This document shows positions 34,801-46,876 of a DNA stretch of 64,000 bases, in pieces. Each line of letters begins with the position of its first letter. The stretch's first letter is position 1. The DNA lies in assembly GCA_964036045.1 (NCBI GenBank), contig OZ038378.1:183024001-183088000 (forward strand), given 5' to 3'. A program made the position numbers and the translations under genes. This DNA comes from Eutreptiella sp. 'Long Island Sound 2002'. Lineage: Eukaryota; Protista; Euglenida. Below the pieces are notes generated by a model. It ran no database searches and was not told the origin of the DNA. It was given only the letters and a program-made list of their open reading frames with translations.

Positions 34801-37800
34801 CTTCACGACGACGTCGCTGCCAACGTTGCTGGTCATGATCAGGAGGGTGTTCTTGAAATCAACCGTCCGTCCCTGAGCAAAGGGAAGCGCAGGCATGGCA
34901 TGTAGATTGGGTGCGGACCACATGCATGGCAACGCGCTTTTCCGGGAGGGCTTCGAACGCCGCGCACTGCCTGCACCTGGGAATCGGTCAAACGCCCATC
35001 CTCCAAAATCTGCAGCATCATGTTGAACACGTCAGGATGGGCCTGTAAATGCGGAGATGATGGATGGAAGACCGGAGGGAATGGAGGGGAGGGGGCGTGC
35101 GCACAGGGGCAAACGATGATGTTCGACCCAAAACATGTGACGAGGATCGCTGGGCTGAAGCGCTGACCTTCTCGATCTCATCGAACAGCAGCAAACTGTA
35201 TGGCCGCTTCCGGACGGCCTCGGTCAGCTGCCCTCCTTCATTGTACCCAACGTAACCCGGCGGAGACCCCATCAACTTTGACACGGTGTGCCTCTCCATG
35301 AACTCAGACATGTCCAGACGGATCATGGCTTCCTGAGCATGAAAGCGCATTGGATGGGGAGAAGAGGGGGGCTGTGGGCCCATTCAGGCAGGCCGGCCTC
35401 AAACAGCGAGTCAAAGCACCAGGTCTACCGCCTTGGGCATCTGCGTGCAGCGCCTGTCCCCCGGGAGTGTGCGTGCGGTCCGGGGGCTTCTGTTATGAGA
35501 CGCATGTCTTCCTTTCAAACCGGGGGATCACAGGCCACTGCAGCATCTGACTGACTCCGATGAGCGGTCGGCCTGTTCTGGTCGGTTCGGCACGACCTGA
35601 CTCCAAAGAGTAATCTGCTCGTGGAAACAGCCTCGAAGATCCGCAAAGGACTCGCACATCATGCGCACGTGGAAGCATCGGCTTCGTTCCGCGCCGTGCG
35701 GGTCCGGTCCTTCCACAACGTTTGCACTGGCAGGACCCCTCTGAAGGACCCCGGAAAAAGGCACGGGAGCCTTGTGAAGGCCGTGAAGAACCCCCTGAGT
35801 GACCCCCCAAAGCACCACCTGAAGGACTCCCACGAAGGAACCTCCTCAAAGGACCATCATAAAATGCCCCCTTTCAGGACTGCCGTCAAGGAGCCCTTTC
35901 AAGGACCACCGTGAGGGACCCCCTTGAAGGCACAACCCTCTCTGCCGTGGTCATCTCACCACCTGGGGCTGGCATCGGGCACCAGGGAAGTGTTAGAAAT
36001 GGGGGAGGGCCGGGGGGGGGGGGGGGCTGGAACCCAAAAATGGCCTGACCAGATTTTCCCACCGGTAAATTTCCCACAATGGTCCCTTTGGTCTTGGGGG
36101 GGGGGGGGGGTCTGGCCCCCCTGCTCCCGCGGTGTGCGGCCATTCTACTTCTTCCCTGCACCCACTGACACCCAGTCCTACTCGGCGCACGGTACCTCGG
36201 ATCCAAAGTAAATGCGCGCCAGTGCCTTGGCCAGCTCGGTCTTGCCCACACCCGTGGGCCCCAAGAAAACGAAACTGGCAATAGGCCGCTTGGGGTCCTT
36301 CATGCCCACACGGGCACGGCGGATGGCCCGTGCAATGCCGGAGACGGCCTCGTTCTGTCCAATCACCTGCAAACAAGAGCGCAGCATGGCGTGCAAAGCA
36401 CAGAGCCATACAATGTCAGACAACTGGGTACAGGGGGGGCCGGGGCGGAGAGGTGCATCTGGGGCCAACTGCCGCGGGGAAAATTTCGGCACACCTCCAA
36501 TTTTGGTGCGGCGCCATCAGACGCGGGAAACTTCGGATGCCCTCAACCCTCGGTTCCTTGTGGACAATCAGTTGTGTGAAACTTTGGTTGGCCCAAATTT
36601 TGAACAATACCAACTCATTTGTGTCGGAGGGGCTGCGCACCCCCCCCCCCTCCATGCGCAGCCATCTCTGAGTCATCGACTCCCTGCCACCCCTGAGGGT
36701 TGCTACATCATTCCCTCCACTGTGTTGGGGAGGTGCAGTGTCATCGGTATCCTCGCATTGCATGGGAAGATGATCGCTGATACTGATTTCCTGTGGTTTC
36801 TGATGGGTGAAACCCAACACCACTGGGACGGGGGGGGGGGGGGCACCGGTAATGCCCGCCAGGCATTGAAAACCCCCCCAATTCGTTGCTACAGATGGGC
36901 CAAAATGCAGAGTACCCAATGAGGGACACATCATATCGTAGTGGAGCACTTACCCCTCGGACGGATCAACAATGTGGCTCCTGTTTCTGTCTGTTTGGTT
37001 GGGAAGCACCTGTGGTGAGATACCTCTACCTCTAGTGGGCCCTGAGAGTACTACAGGGGGGGGGGGGGGGGTCGTATGGGGAAAATTCGTTTTTCAGTTG
37101 CGTCCCGAAAATTTCCTGAAAAAATTGTTTGCGTCATTTCGGGTACTTCGTGCTCGGGTGGAAGATCTCCACAAGTTCCGCTTCCCCCCTGCCCCCTGGG
37201 CACGAGAAGTAATTTGGGCACTACTCGCAATGCGGGGAAATGTGTGGGCCTGAGGAAGCCCGACCCTCATCACACCCTTTCCTCGAGTTAGTGCCTCCTT
37301 CAGTATGGAGAGCCAACCTGGGCCTTGCTCCTTTTTGTTTGTCTCTGCGGACCGGGCGGCCTTGCCAACGGACTGCGCTGCCAAGCCACCCATGTTTTTC
37401 CCCAAAGGGCAGAACGCATGGAAATGCTGCGCAGCACTGATGATGCGCGAAACTTGGTGATCCGGAACACCATTTTCCTGCGTGAGATTTCCCACATCAT
37501 TTGTGGCGGACAGCACCCTCCGAACTTCACCGTCCTGGAAACGCCTTCGTGCGAGGCCTTGCTGGCGCCCGGCGCACGGGGGGGGGGGGGGGGCGGGGGT
37601 GATTTCAGGGACCCACCCACCCAGATTTTTGGCAAACCCACAGACCCACAAATGGCAAACCCCCAGGGGGGGGGGGGGGTTGTATTGGACACCGACCCAA
37701 CTACCACAGGCAAAATGCGTTACCACAGGCAAAATGCCTTGACCAGCGTCTTCGGACCCAAAATCCCCCACAATGGCCTACCCTATGGGGGGGGGTTGGG

Positions 37801-40800
37801 TTGGAAATCCACCCACCCAGAAATTCTGACAAACCCCCCCCCCCCCGTAGGGTAGGACAAACACTAAGAAAAACCCTGGCACGGCGTGCGAGGGACTGCA
37901 GCAGCACCTGCGAGCAGAGGGACATCTGTCCCACTCTCAGCTCTCGGCACAAAAAGTTACCCACCGTTTGTAGACAAGCCTTGTTGACAATTTCCTCCTG
38001 AAAACCCACATCGCAGGCTGTCGTCAGCCTCCCTTCCGCCCTTCTCTCCCCGTCCCTCCCGCCCTGCCCTCCCCTGGGAGTGCTCTGCTGGTGCGCGCCT
38101 CTGGTCCTCACCCCGACCACGCATCGCCCTCCACATCAGAGCCCAAAAACACTCGTCGCCGCAACAACATACTCTCTCGTGGATCTTGGTCTCCAGCTCA
38201 AGCAGCGCTGTGCCTTCCTGCTCCGAGACCTTCTCGACGGGGATGCCAGTCCACGAGGCCACAATGGAAGCGATGTTCTCTCCATCCACAACTGGGGAGG
38301 CCTGATGAACGGCGTGACGCACCGGATTGTATTGGGGTGGGAAGCACCACATGTCTCAGGGCGATTACGTCACAGCACAACGTGCGACTGGGTGCCCCCA
38401 CTTGAAAATGCTGAGCCAAGATCGCAAACCAGCAAACGGGGCCGCGAAAACGCGCCATCGCCAAATGTCGATCGGTGCTTACGTGTCTTGCTTATGGTAT
38501 GGTATGGTATGGTGTGGTGTGGCATGAAACGGTATTTTCTGTACCAGCACCCGCGGACCAACACCGCACCGCCAGACTCAGCAATACATACATCGGTTTC
38601 CCCTTCGGTTTCATTCTCACTTTTGTGCTTGGCGCGGATCTCCTTGACCCGCTCCTCCAGCTCCTTCTCTTGTGCTCTCAGCAGCGAGGCGTTCTCAAAA
38701 TCTTGATTGCGGATCGCCTCCTTCTTCTCCTTTTCCAGTTTCTTCAGCTCCTGGACCAGCTCACGTGCCTCCTCGGGGACGGATTTGCGCCCATGCTGCA
38801 GCCTGTGCCACAGCAGTGCCTGCCTTCCGCACATGCACCTCATCAACAGCGTGCATCACATTCCCGCGACTGCAACACTCCACCGAGGGCTGCACACCAC
38901 ATTTGCAGATGGCATTTATTGCACAGGCGCCCTGTCGCTACATCTTCCAGATGATCTCTAGAGAGGCTACACACCTGATTCGCGACCCAGCCTCGTCAAG
39001 CAGATCAATGGCCTTGTCAGGCAAATAGCGGTCGCTAATGTATTGCGCAGACAGTCGCACAGCCGCCTGCGAAAACGAAATGTGTCGAGGTCACAAGCAC
39101 AAGAATCACTACACTGTGGCCCCGGCACGACAGGGATCTCAAGTGCAAAGAACAGGGTGGCCAAAGCAAGCAAAGGGCATTCTGCTGTTCTCCCTCTCCC
39201 AGGCTTCCATCACAAGACCACGCGCAACCACTTTCACTTCGCGCAACCCTGACGCGGCCCGCACACCGCACTACACGTACCTCTTCGGTCGATGTGCTGT
39301 TGACCCCTCAAAAAAAAAAAACAGCCCTGGAACCAGAGGTCCCCGAGGTCCCGAATCCCCGAGATCACTCAGACACGGCTGCTTGCACAGACCCCCAAAC
39401 GTGCCAATACCATGAAATGTAAAGGTCATGGACAACGCACGCACCTCGACGGCATCGTCATTGTACTTCAGCTTGTGGTGCTCCTCGTACTTGGGCTTCA
39501 ATCCGTGCAAGATTTGGATGCACTCGTCGATGGAGGGCTCAGGAACGGTTACAGGCTGAAATCTGCACAGGAACAACGGGCTGGTGGCCCCTGAGGCATG
39601 CTGCATGCTGCGGCTGCTTGGCCACCTTTCACTGTTTAATGCTGACAGGCCTGCGGCCTCCACACCACTTGGCACTTTGCATCGTAGACACTGTGGGAGC
39701 TGCAGTTTTCCCGATGGGTTACAGTGCTGACATGTTGCCCGATCCTTCTTCCCACTGCTCCCACACCTGCACAATGAATCCGATTGGCCCCGTCTACTCG
39801 GTGCGGGTGGTGGCACGTGCTCACGGGGGCCGCCGCCAGCCAATGTGTGACCCCGAGGGGTGTGCGACAGTTTTGGGGGCTGCAGGGGGGGGGGGGGTTC
39901 CCCCCCCCTTGGTTGACCCAAACCTTGGGGGTCGGCGGGTCGGGCGGTCAGCCGCCGGGCCCCCCCGGGGGGGGTCGGTGGGTACCCCAACATACATACC
40001 TCAAAATGATCCCCATGACCCGCTGATCATTTTGAATATGCACAAGTGGGGGAAAAGATTTTCAAAAAAAAATTGCCCATCAACTCAGGCTCCCAACAGC
40101 CAAGGTCCGACCCGGAGGCCGGGTTGGGGTCAAAATCCGTTTTTGTGCTTTTCAGCCATTTTGGAATTCTCCACAACATTCTGAGTATTTTGTGTACAGA
40201 CACATAGGGTCGAACAAAAAATTTCCCCTGCCATATGCCGAAAACAAAATCTCCGGCGCCCACAAAACCCATTGTTCTGTACAACCATTTTGGGGTCTGT
40301 AGAGGGGGGGGGGGGGTACACCCCCCCCCTTTGGGGTCGGGTCCTGACCAGGATCGGCCCCCGTGCACGTGCTGATGCACTCACTGCCCAGGACGCTATT
40401 TGTTCGGAGCCAGACACGCTGTGCCCCGCATCACACCCGTCTGAAACTGCAGTGTCAGCCTTGGTCCTATCAGGACCGCTTGATAACGACCACCTGTCTG
40501 GCGGTTGCCTGGGGGCGGGGCGGCTCATCCAGGGCAGCAGACAGTCAACACGCGTACCATTCAGGACTATGGGGGGAAATTGGGAGAATTTTCCGGGCGC
40601 CACTGGGGCTGAAGTCGATTGTTTTTTTCTTGTTCGCCGCTGGTGTGGGTTGGGGGGTCCTGAGGGGGGGGGGGTGACCTAATTAAAAAACAGACAAATC
40701 CTGAGGGGGGGGGGGGGGCGGGAACGTAACCCCCCCCCCCGTGTCTACAGCCCAATCGGAATTGCAAATCCGCCTTCAATGCACGCACTTTTGGTTTCAA

Positions 40801-43800
40801 AGCGCCTGTCGCCCCGTCCGATTTTTTTCCAACCCGTCCCACCCGCCTCCGTGTGACGTCCAGCTTTGTACACCTAAGGCCCTGAAATGCAAAGCCGCGT
40901 CGTGCGTGAAAAAAACTCAGACCTGCGCTCAAGGGCGGCATCCTTCTCAATGTGCTTCCGGTACTCCGCGATGGTGGTGGCCCCGATCACCTGCAGCTCC
41001 CCGCGAGCCAGGCCAGGCTTCATGATGTTGGCGGCGTCAATGGCCCCCTCGGCGGCTCCGGCGCCCACCAGCGTGTGCACCTCGTCGATGACAAGGATGA
41101 TGTCATCGCTCTTCTTGACCTCGTCTAGCAACTTCTTCAGCCGCTCCTCGAACTCACCGCGGTACTTGGTCCCTTTGGGCGTGACACGGGGAGGCCGTGC
41201 GGTGAAATGCTGACAACAGCAGGTTCTACTGGGGATTTGACAGGAGACGGGGCCCAAGCGAAACAAGAGCCCATGACAGACCATCGTTCCTCCCAATCCA
41301 ATGTCCCCTATTCCCTGCCGATACAAAGGGGGGGGGGATTCCCCTCAGGGACGATTTCGCCCGGGGACAATTTCGCCACCTTTGAAATCCCCAAAGCTCC
41401 AAGTGCCATGCGCCCAAATGACTGCAACAAAACAACAAGACATGCACCAGACAGAGAGTCCAAAAGTGCAACACGTTGCAGCAATATGGTCCCAGAAGTG
41501 TGTTTTCCAAGAGGAGCCACGCGAGTCTACGCACGCGCCTGAGCCGACCGCTTCTTGCGGTTGGCGCAGGCGCGTTCGCCATCGCGCCTGGCCCTTCTCA
41601 GGGAACACCATGCGTGCAGCTGTGATAAAAGATGTGGTGAAGAACTGTTACGCCAAAATTTCGCCAGGGGAAAATTTCGCCACCTTTCTTACCGGCGAAA
41701 TTCTTCCCCTTTCCGCAGGGCTGTCCTGAATGCCCAACAAAACAAAAGTACTGCCGGCCGGTACCCTCGGACCTCCGCAGAGCGCCAGCCGGCGAGTCAC
41801 TGCTCTCGGCCCTCGGCCAACCCACGTTGGTGGATCACCAACCGCCGTCGTTAAGCGCCAACCGCCGTCGGTTGAGGCGTCCAGGGGTTCGACACTTTCA
41901 GTCAGCGGGTTCGAGTGCGGATGGGGGGCGTCGTCAGGGACCGCGCAGGACTAATAACTTTTCAGCAGTTGGCTTTGTCTGAGGGGGTGGAACGATCATG
42001 GCAATACAAGTTTGATTTATTTTGGGGGGGGGGTTCACAAAAGCGGGTTGATTGCCCCACGATGCCACCGGTGTCCAGTGTTTGCTGGGTGAGGGCACAC
42101 AGCCCAGTCTGCTGCAAAGCCCGGTCAGCAAACTGCAACGTCCCGGGGCGGGAGGACCGGCCACGCCAGCAGTGTGTCCCCGGATCATCCACCCACGCAC
42201 ATGAACGGCGGGAGGGGAAACGTTGGGTCAAATGGAACCCTGCGACCCCCTCCTCCCCTCGGTCTTCCCTCTGGATTGTCCCGGAACATCTGTGGGACCG
42301 CCGGGCAACAGACATCATCGAGGCGCTTTCCATGATCCCCTGCTCTGGGGACCCCGAGATACCCACCCCATGATCACCCGGGACTCACGGAGGCAGGCCC
42401 GCTACCCCCCTGATGGACCATGGGAACCTGGTCCCCCTCGCGTGTGGCTGATCCGTTCAGGTTTCTGTGCTTGTATTTCTTTGCGTGCACTGGGGTGTTG
42501 GAAGACGAACCAATCGCCGGCTTCCAAAAAATACTCATCTTCGGTCTGGCGAAAAAAAAAAAGGGGGGCACACCTGCAACCAACAGAGCAATGTCCAGCT
42601 GCGCGATGGTCTTGTTGGCAAGGGTCTCTGGCACGTCTCCATCCACAATCAGTTGTGCAAGCCCCTCAGCAATGGCAGTCTTCCCGACCCCTGGCTCACC
42701 AATCAGGCAAGGATTATTCTTGGTACGCCGGCCTGTGCAGGAGCAGGGGGTATGAGGGCGCGTGCGTACTCCAGGGTGTGAAAATGCCTCCTTGGGATGT
42801 TTTTTGCGCTTCGTATCCCAGCTCTGAAGGAGGGGTCACGCATTCTGTGCAGGAAATGGACGGCTCGAGGGCCCAAACATTTTCGTGAGCGAGAGATGGG
42901 GGGGGGGGGTATGTTTGCAGTCTCCGTCCCGACTGGAAAAAGCAAAGATGAGCTGGGATTCGGGCACTTGGTAGTGGTTCGGGATGTTCCGAGTGCAAAG
43001 GCCACTCCGCAACCTTCCCCAGCAGAAATCTGGTACGCTTGGCGGTGGGGTTAATTTTCAAAGACTCCAGGCTGTGATATCCCACTCAGGGCTGTGCTTA
43101 AAGGGGAGGTGAGGGCAGGGAATGGGGTTTTAGGCCCGGGGGGGGGGGGGTCAGAGAACCGGGGCCCTTCTCCTTGCAATTCTGCTCAAATCACATGTAG
43201 CACACTGAAATCTGGTGCAAATCAATCACTGTCCATCTATTGAAATCAGAACTGGAGTCGGAATCCGAACTCGAATCTGAATCTGAAGAATCTGAGGCAG
43301 AGCCTGTCCTGGTCTTTCTCAGGCGACCCAACTTCTTCAATATCCACATCCAGGTCATCCTCCCCCTCAACGCGCTTTCGCCACTTCCCCTTGTCTGCAC
43401 ACTCTGATCGACGGGTTGTACGCCGTGTGTCTGCCGTACTCTTCCATTACAGGTTGGTCGGTGTACCCACAAAAAGGTGCGCATCACAGGCAACAACCAA
43501 TAAGCTTTTCGCCAGAGGGCAAAGGCAGACCACAACACAATGTGATAACGTGGTTTTTTTTCATCTCTGTGTAAAGGAGCCCATTGGCAGCAATGAATAG
43601 ATGATGAATTATGAAAGGATGGCTGCTGGAAACACCTGTGTATCCACTGGGCGGCAAATTGACATTGGGTTTGAGTTTCAGAAACTTTCCATGGGTGACT
43701 GGGGAATACGATGGGCAAATCCCCAAGCCTGTCTTGCAGAACATACTTGCACAACACTAGGCCAGTGCGTCAAATAACAGAAAAATTATCCAGTGCACAA

Positions 43801-46104
43801 AGGCCTACTTGTAACCCACCGTAACGGGAAGGAAAGGGGGGGGGGGGGGCGGCGGAAGGGTTGGCATGACGCTTGGATGGATTGCTGTCTGAAACTGGCG
43901 GCGCCCATTGGCCTCTCGCCACCTACTCTTGTCCTTTCCTGGAACCCTTTCCCTCCGCAGGTGGCGGTGCCCTCCCTGGCCTATCCTTACCCCCCTCCAC
44001 ACCCTTCCTTTCCCTTGGTAGGTTGTGCCAACCTACCGAGGAGGAGGGAGGGGGGAAGGGTGACCCTCCTCCGAGCGGAAAATGAAATTAAACCCAGGGC
44101 TGGCACTCACTATTATCCATGCAAACCCTGTGAAAAGAAACGAGAGGATGGCAAACGCCTGGAACCGCAGCGCACCACTGAGTGATCTGCAACCTCTTGG
44201 CCCTGGGTGACATTGTCCCACATCAGATCTGGTGAAGTGCGCTCCGAACCCCACGGTCATGGACATGTGAAGCCTGCCAATGCAGGGGGCTCCACCCGTG
44301 AGGAGTGGGGACAACATCTTGCCCTTTCACCCGCCGTTGGCATACCCAAAATTTGCGTCACACGCTCGATCTCGTGCTTCCGCCCGATCACGGGGTCCAG
44401 CAGTCCCTGTGCGGCCTTCTCGGTCAAATTGACAGTGAATTCCGCCAAAGTGGGGTCCTTGGTATCAGACCCCCCTTTTGAGGAAGCCCCGGTGCCAACG
44501 CCAGCCAACGTGGACTCTTTGCTCTGGTCTGCAAGAGCCTTGATGGTCTGAAGAATGACACGCGGACCGCTGGTGCTCGATGCAGGTGACATGCATGAAA
44601 CACACAGTCCCAACAGCTCGGAATCGCTCGGGGGCAGCACATTCCCCTGTCGGGCTGGCGCACGCAGGGGGCCCCACACCTCGTATTTGATCTTCTCCTT
44701 GTCCACGCCCATCTTTTCCAGCACTTGGATGGCAGTTCCCTCCGTCTCCTTGATCAATCCGAGCAACAGATGCTCCGCGCCAATGTAGTTGTGTCCCAGT
44801 CTACGAGCCTGCAATGGGGGGCCCAAGTTCGTTGTGTTCACGACTTGAACTTGTTTTATCAGTCACTCGGACATGGCGGAAAGCCAGCCTACTGCTTGCT
44901 GATACCTGCCTGCCAGCCACATCCAGCAAAGGGGGTGGTGGTGATAAGACCTGATCAAAGTGAGCTAAGCGGAACCTTTGTAGACTTGGCTCAACACGAG
45001 ACCCTGTGCCTACTATTCTCAACTATGCAACGCCCCTCCGATATTTTTGTGGCATGTCACATTTTTGGAGGAGAGCGGCATCGACGACTTGCACCCGTAA
45101 GTGGGTATTATTGTGGCGATCTCAACAGGGCCGTTCTTAATGCCAAACAAAACAAAAAAAAAACCGCCGAACTCCTCGGACCTCCGCAGAGCGCCGCCGA
45201 CGAGTTACGCCTCTCGGCCATCGGCTAACCGACGTCGGTAAACCATCAACTGCCGTCGGTTAAACGCCAACCGCCGTCGTTGGGTGTCAACGGCTATGGA
45301 TTGACCGATTTCCGCCACCGATCAATTTACGCCGTCCTTGCTGAAAAATGTCTCATTCCTCGAGGATAGCCCTGGATCTCAACGACTACACATGCTTGCA
45401 CACACCTCTTCCTGTGAGTTCTCCAACACCTTCTTGGCCCGCGGGGTGAAGGGGATTTCAACACCCACCTGCCCTTCTCCACGACCGATGATGTTGATGA
45501 CCTGAGACAACAACACGGACCACGCACCGGGTTGCTCCAGGGGATGATCGAGCGAGGGGGTAGGGGAGGTGGGGACTACTGCACCACATCAAACCTCCTC
45601 ACGGGTAGTCTTCAGATCCATGCCCTGAGCCTTGAGCATCTTGGCGGCGATACCAGTACCTTCGCCGATCATGCCCAGCAACATCTGCTCGGTCCCCACG
45701 TGGTTGTGACCACTCTTGCGTGCCTCCTGCAAACACCAAACAAAATCGGTTCCCACGATCTGGACGAGCCGTCTTTGGCTTTTTTTGCCAGAGTTTCCCG
45801 GGCAATCATGCGCAGCGCCTCCTACGACGCGTTTGACAACTTGGGAAAGAGAAGAGTGGCCAACAGTCGTTGCTTGCTCTCAAGCCTACAGCATTACTCT
45901 CGTTCCAACCGCTGCACTCCACCCACATCCCGGGTGGCGCTCCAACCGCTGCACATCAGCAGTTGATCGCAAAACAGCATCCCGATCCTGAAGATTTGTA
46001 GAACCCCCCGGCGGAATCCCTTGGAGTGTTGCAATGCCACACCTCCTGCGCCAGCATGATCACTTTGACAGCTTTCTCTGTGAAGCGCTCGAACATGGCA
46101 AACA
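31832..46104 (-). CDS. clpC: ATP-dependent Clp protease ATP-binding subunit ClpC (Hsp100), nuclear-encoded, probably plastid-targeted; 18 exons, N-terminal presequence incomplete
   Basis: Exons (minus strand): 46104-46043, 45726-45595, 45501-45406, 44808-44680, 44547-44346, 42732-42574, 41172-40923, 39562-39445, 39066-38975, 38802-38592, 38301-38173, 36366-36196, 35332-35168, 35042-34977, 34872-34777, 33905-33814, 33644-33494, 32047-31832. All 17 introns are GT-AG and phase-consistent, giving 842 aa from [21 protein letters not shown]. Two Clp-N repeats, Walker A GEPGVGKT and GPTGVGKT, Walker B VIDEVH and LFDEIEK, UVR-type M domain ([11 protein letters not shown]), YGARPLRR. Confidence 0.97.
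35983..36158. mobile_element. Small TIR element in a clpC intron
   Basis: CAGGGAAGTGTTAGAA / TTCTACTTCTTCCCTG; only CAC (3 bp) is duplicated in the flanks. Confidence 0.5.
37577..37878. mobile_element. Copy of the 52685-53221 MITE family, left TIR missing, in a clpC intron
   Basis: Shares ttcagggacccacccaccca, cacagac(c)cacaaatg and the right end gtagggtaggac..acactaag.aaaaccctg. Confidence 0.75.
41716..41950. mobile_element. Truncated member of the CAGGGCTGTCCT MITE family in a clpC intron
   Basis: Left TIR CAGGGCTGTCCTGAA; internal ctcggacctccgcagagcgcc and aaccgccgtcg shared with 45126-45374; no right TIR or TSD found. Confidence 0.65.
43895..43985. repeat. Dispersed repeat; second copy inverted at ~47965-48030
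   Basis: ttggcctctcgccaccta and tttccctccgcaggtggcgg are reverse complements of motifs near 47970-48012. Confidence 0.65.
45126..45374. mobile_element. hAT-type MITE with 8-bp TSD inside clpC intron 44809-45405
   Basis: TIRs CAGGGCCGTTCTTAA / TCGAGGATAGCCCTG; exact TSD GATCTCAA at 45118-45125 and 45375-45382. Confidence 0.9.
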
Positions 46105-46813
46105 CTGCAAACCGAATGTGCTTGTGTGCGCGAGGACCACTAACCAAAGCGACCCTGCACTGCGGTGTGCTTGCAAGAAAATCGATGTGTCCTGCGATGG
46201 AGGGGGCAACCAATGAGTCGAGTCAGGGTCGAGACAGGGCTGGGAGGGTAAGGCTAGGCCACAGACTCACACAGATATTGCATCATAGCTGGGGGGGTGA
46301 GAAGGGAGGGAGGAAAGGGGTGGATAATGGAGCGGACGAGTCAGCAGAGAGCGAGACGGATTGAAAGAGAGCAGACATGGGGCTATCTTATGCTCAGTAA
46401 TTGGAATATCATCAGCCTCGCATGCTTAGTCTTTTCACTGTAATGGTGGTTATTATCATTGTTCTCTCTGTCATTCATCACTGCTTGCTGAATCTGAGGT
46501 GGCCGTGTTGCGCAGTTGTTCAACTGCCCTCTGGTGCCTTATATGAAATACTTGTGCTTGCGTGCTGGGTGCGATGTATCAAGGCTGGACGAAGGGCGGA
46601 TCTGTCAGACGTATGGCCTTAGGGTCGTGTGGGTTGGTGGGGTTGGTGTTGAAGCGCATGGTCGCAGGCAGCAGGGAAGATGGAGGGAAGGATGGAGGGA
46701 AAGGAGGGAAGCATAAACGGGAGCCAAACAGCAGCCAAGATGGAGGGAGGGAGGGAGGTGAAGGATGCAGGAAATCAGAGGTTGGCTGGAGCAAATGCTG
46801 GCACTGCGCAAAC

Positions 46814-46876
46814 CTGATGCAGCCAAGGATGTTGGGGAGGCCGCGGGAAAACCGCGGGCTTCCGAAGCAGCAAACT
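46814..46876 (-). CDS. clpC: Probable additional clpC presequence exon (phase 1-1, FAASEARGFPAASPTSLAAS)
   Basis: tctttcAG acceptor and g|GTTTGC donor; 63 nt; joins in frame to give ...[14 protein letters not shown]; Ala/Ser-rich like a transit peptide. Confidence 0.55.
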
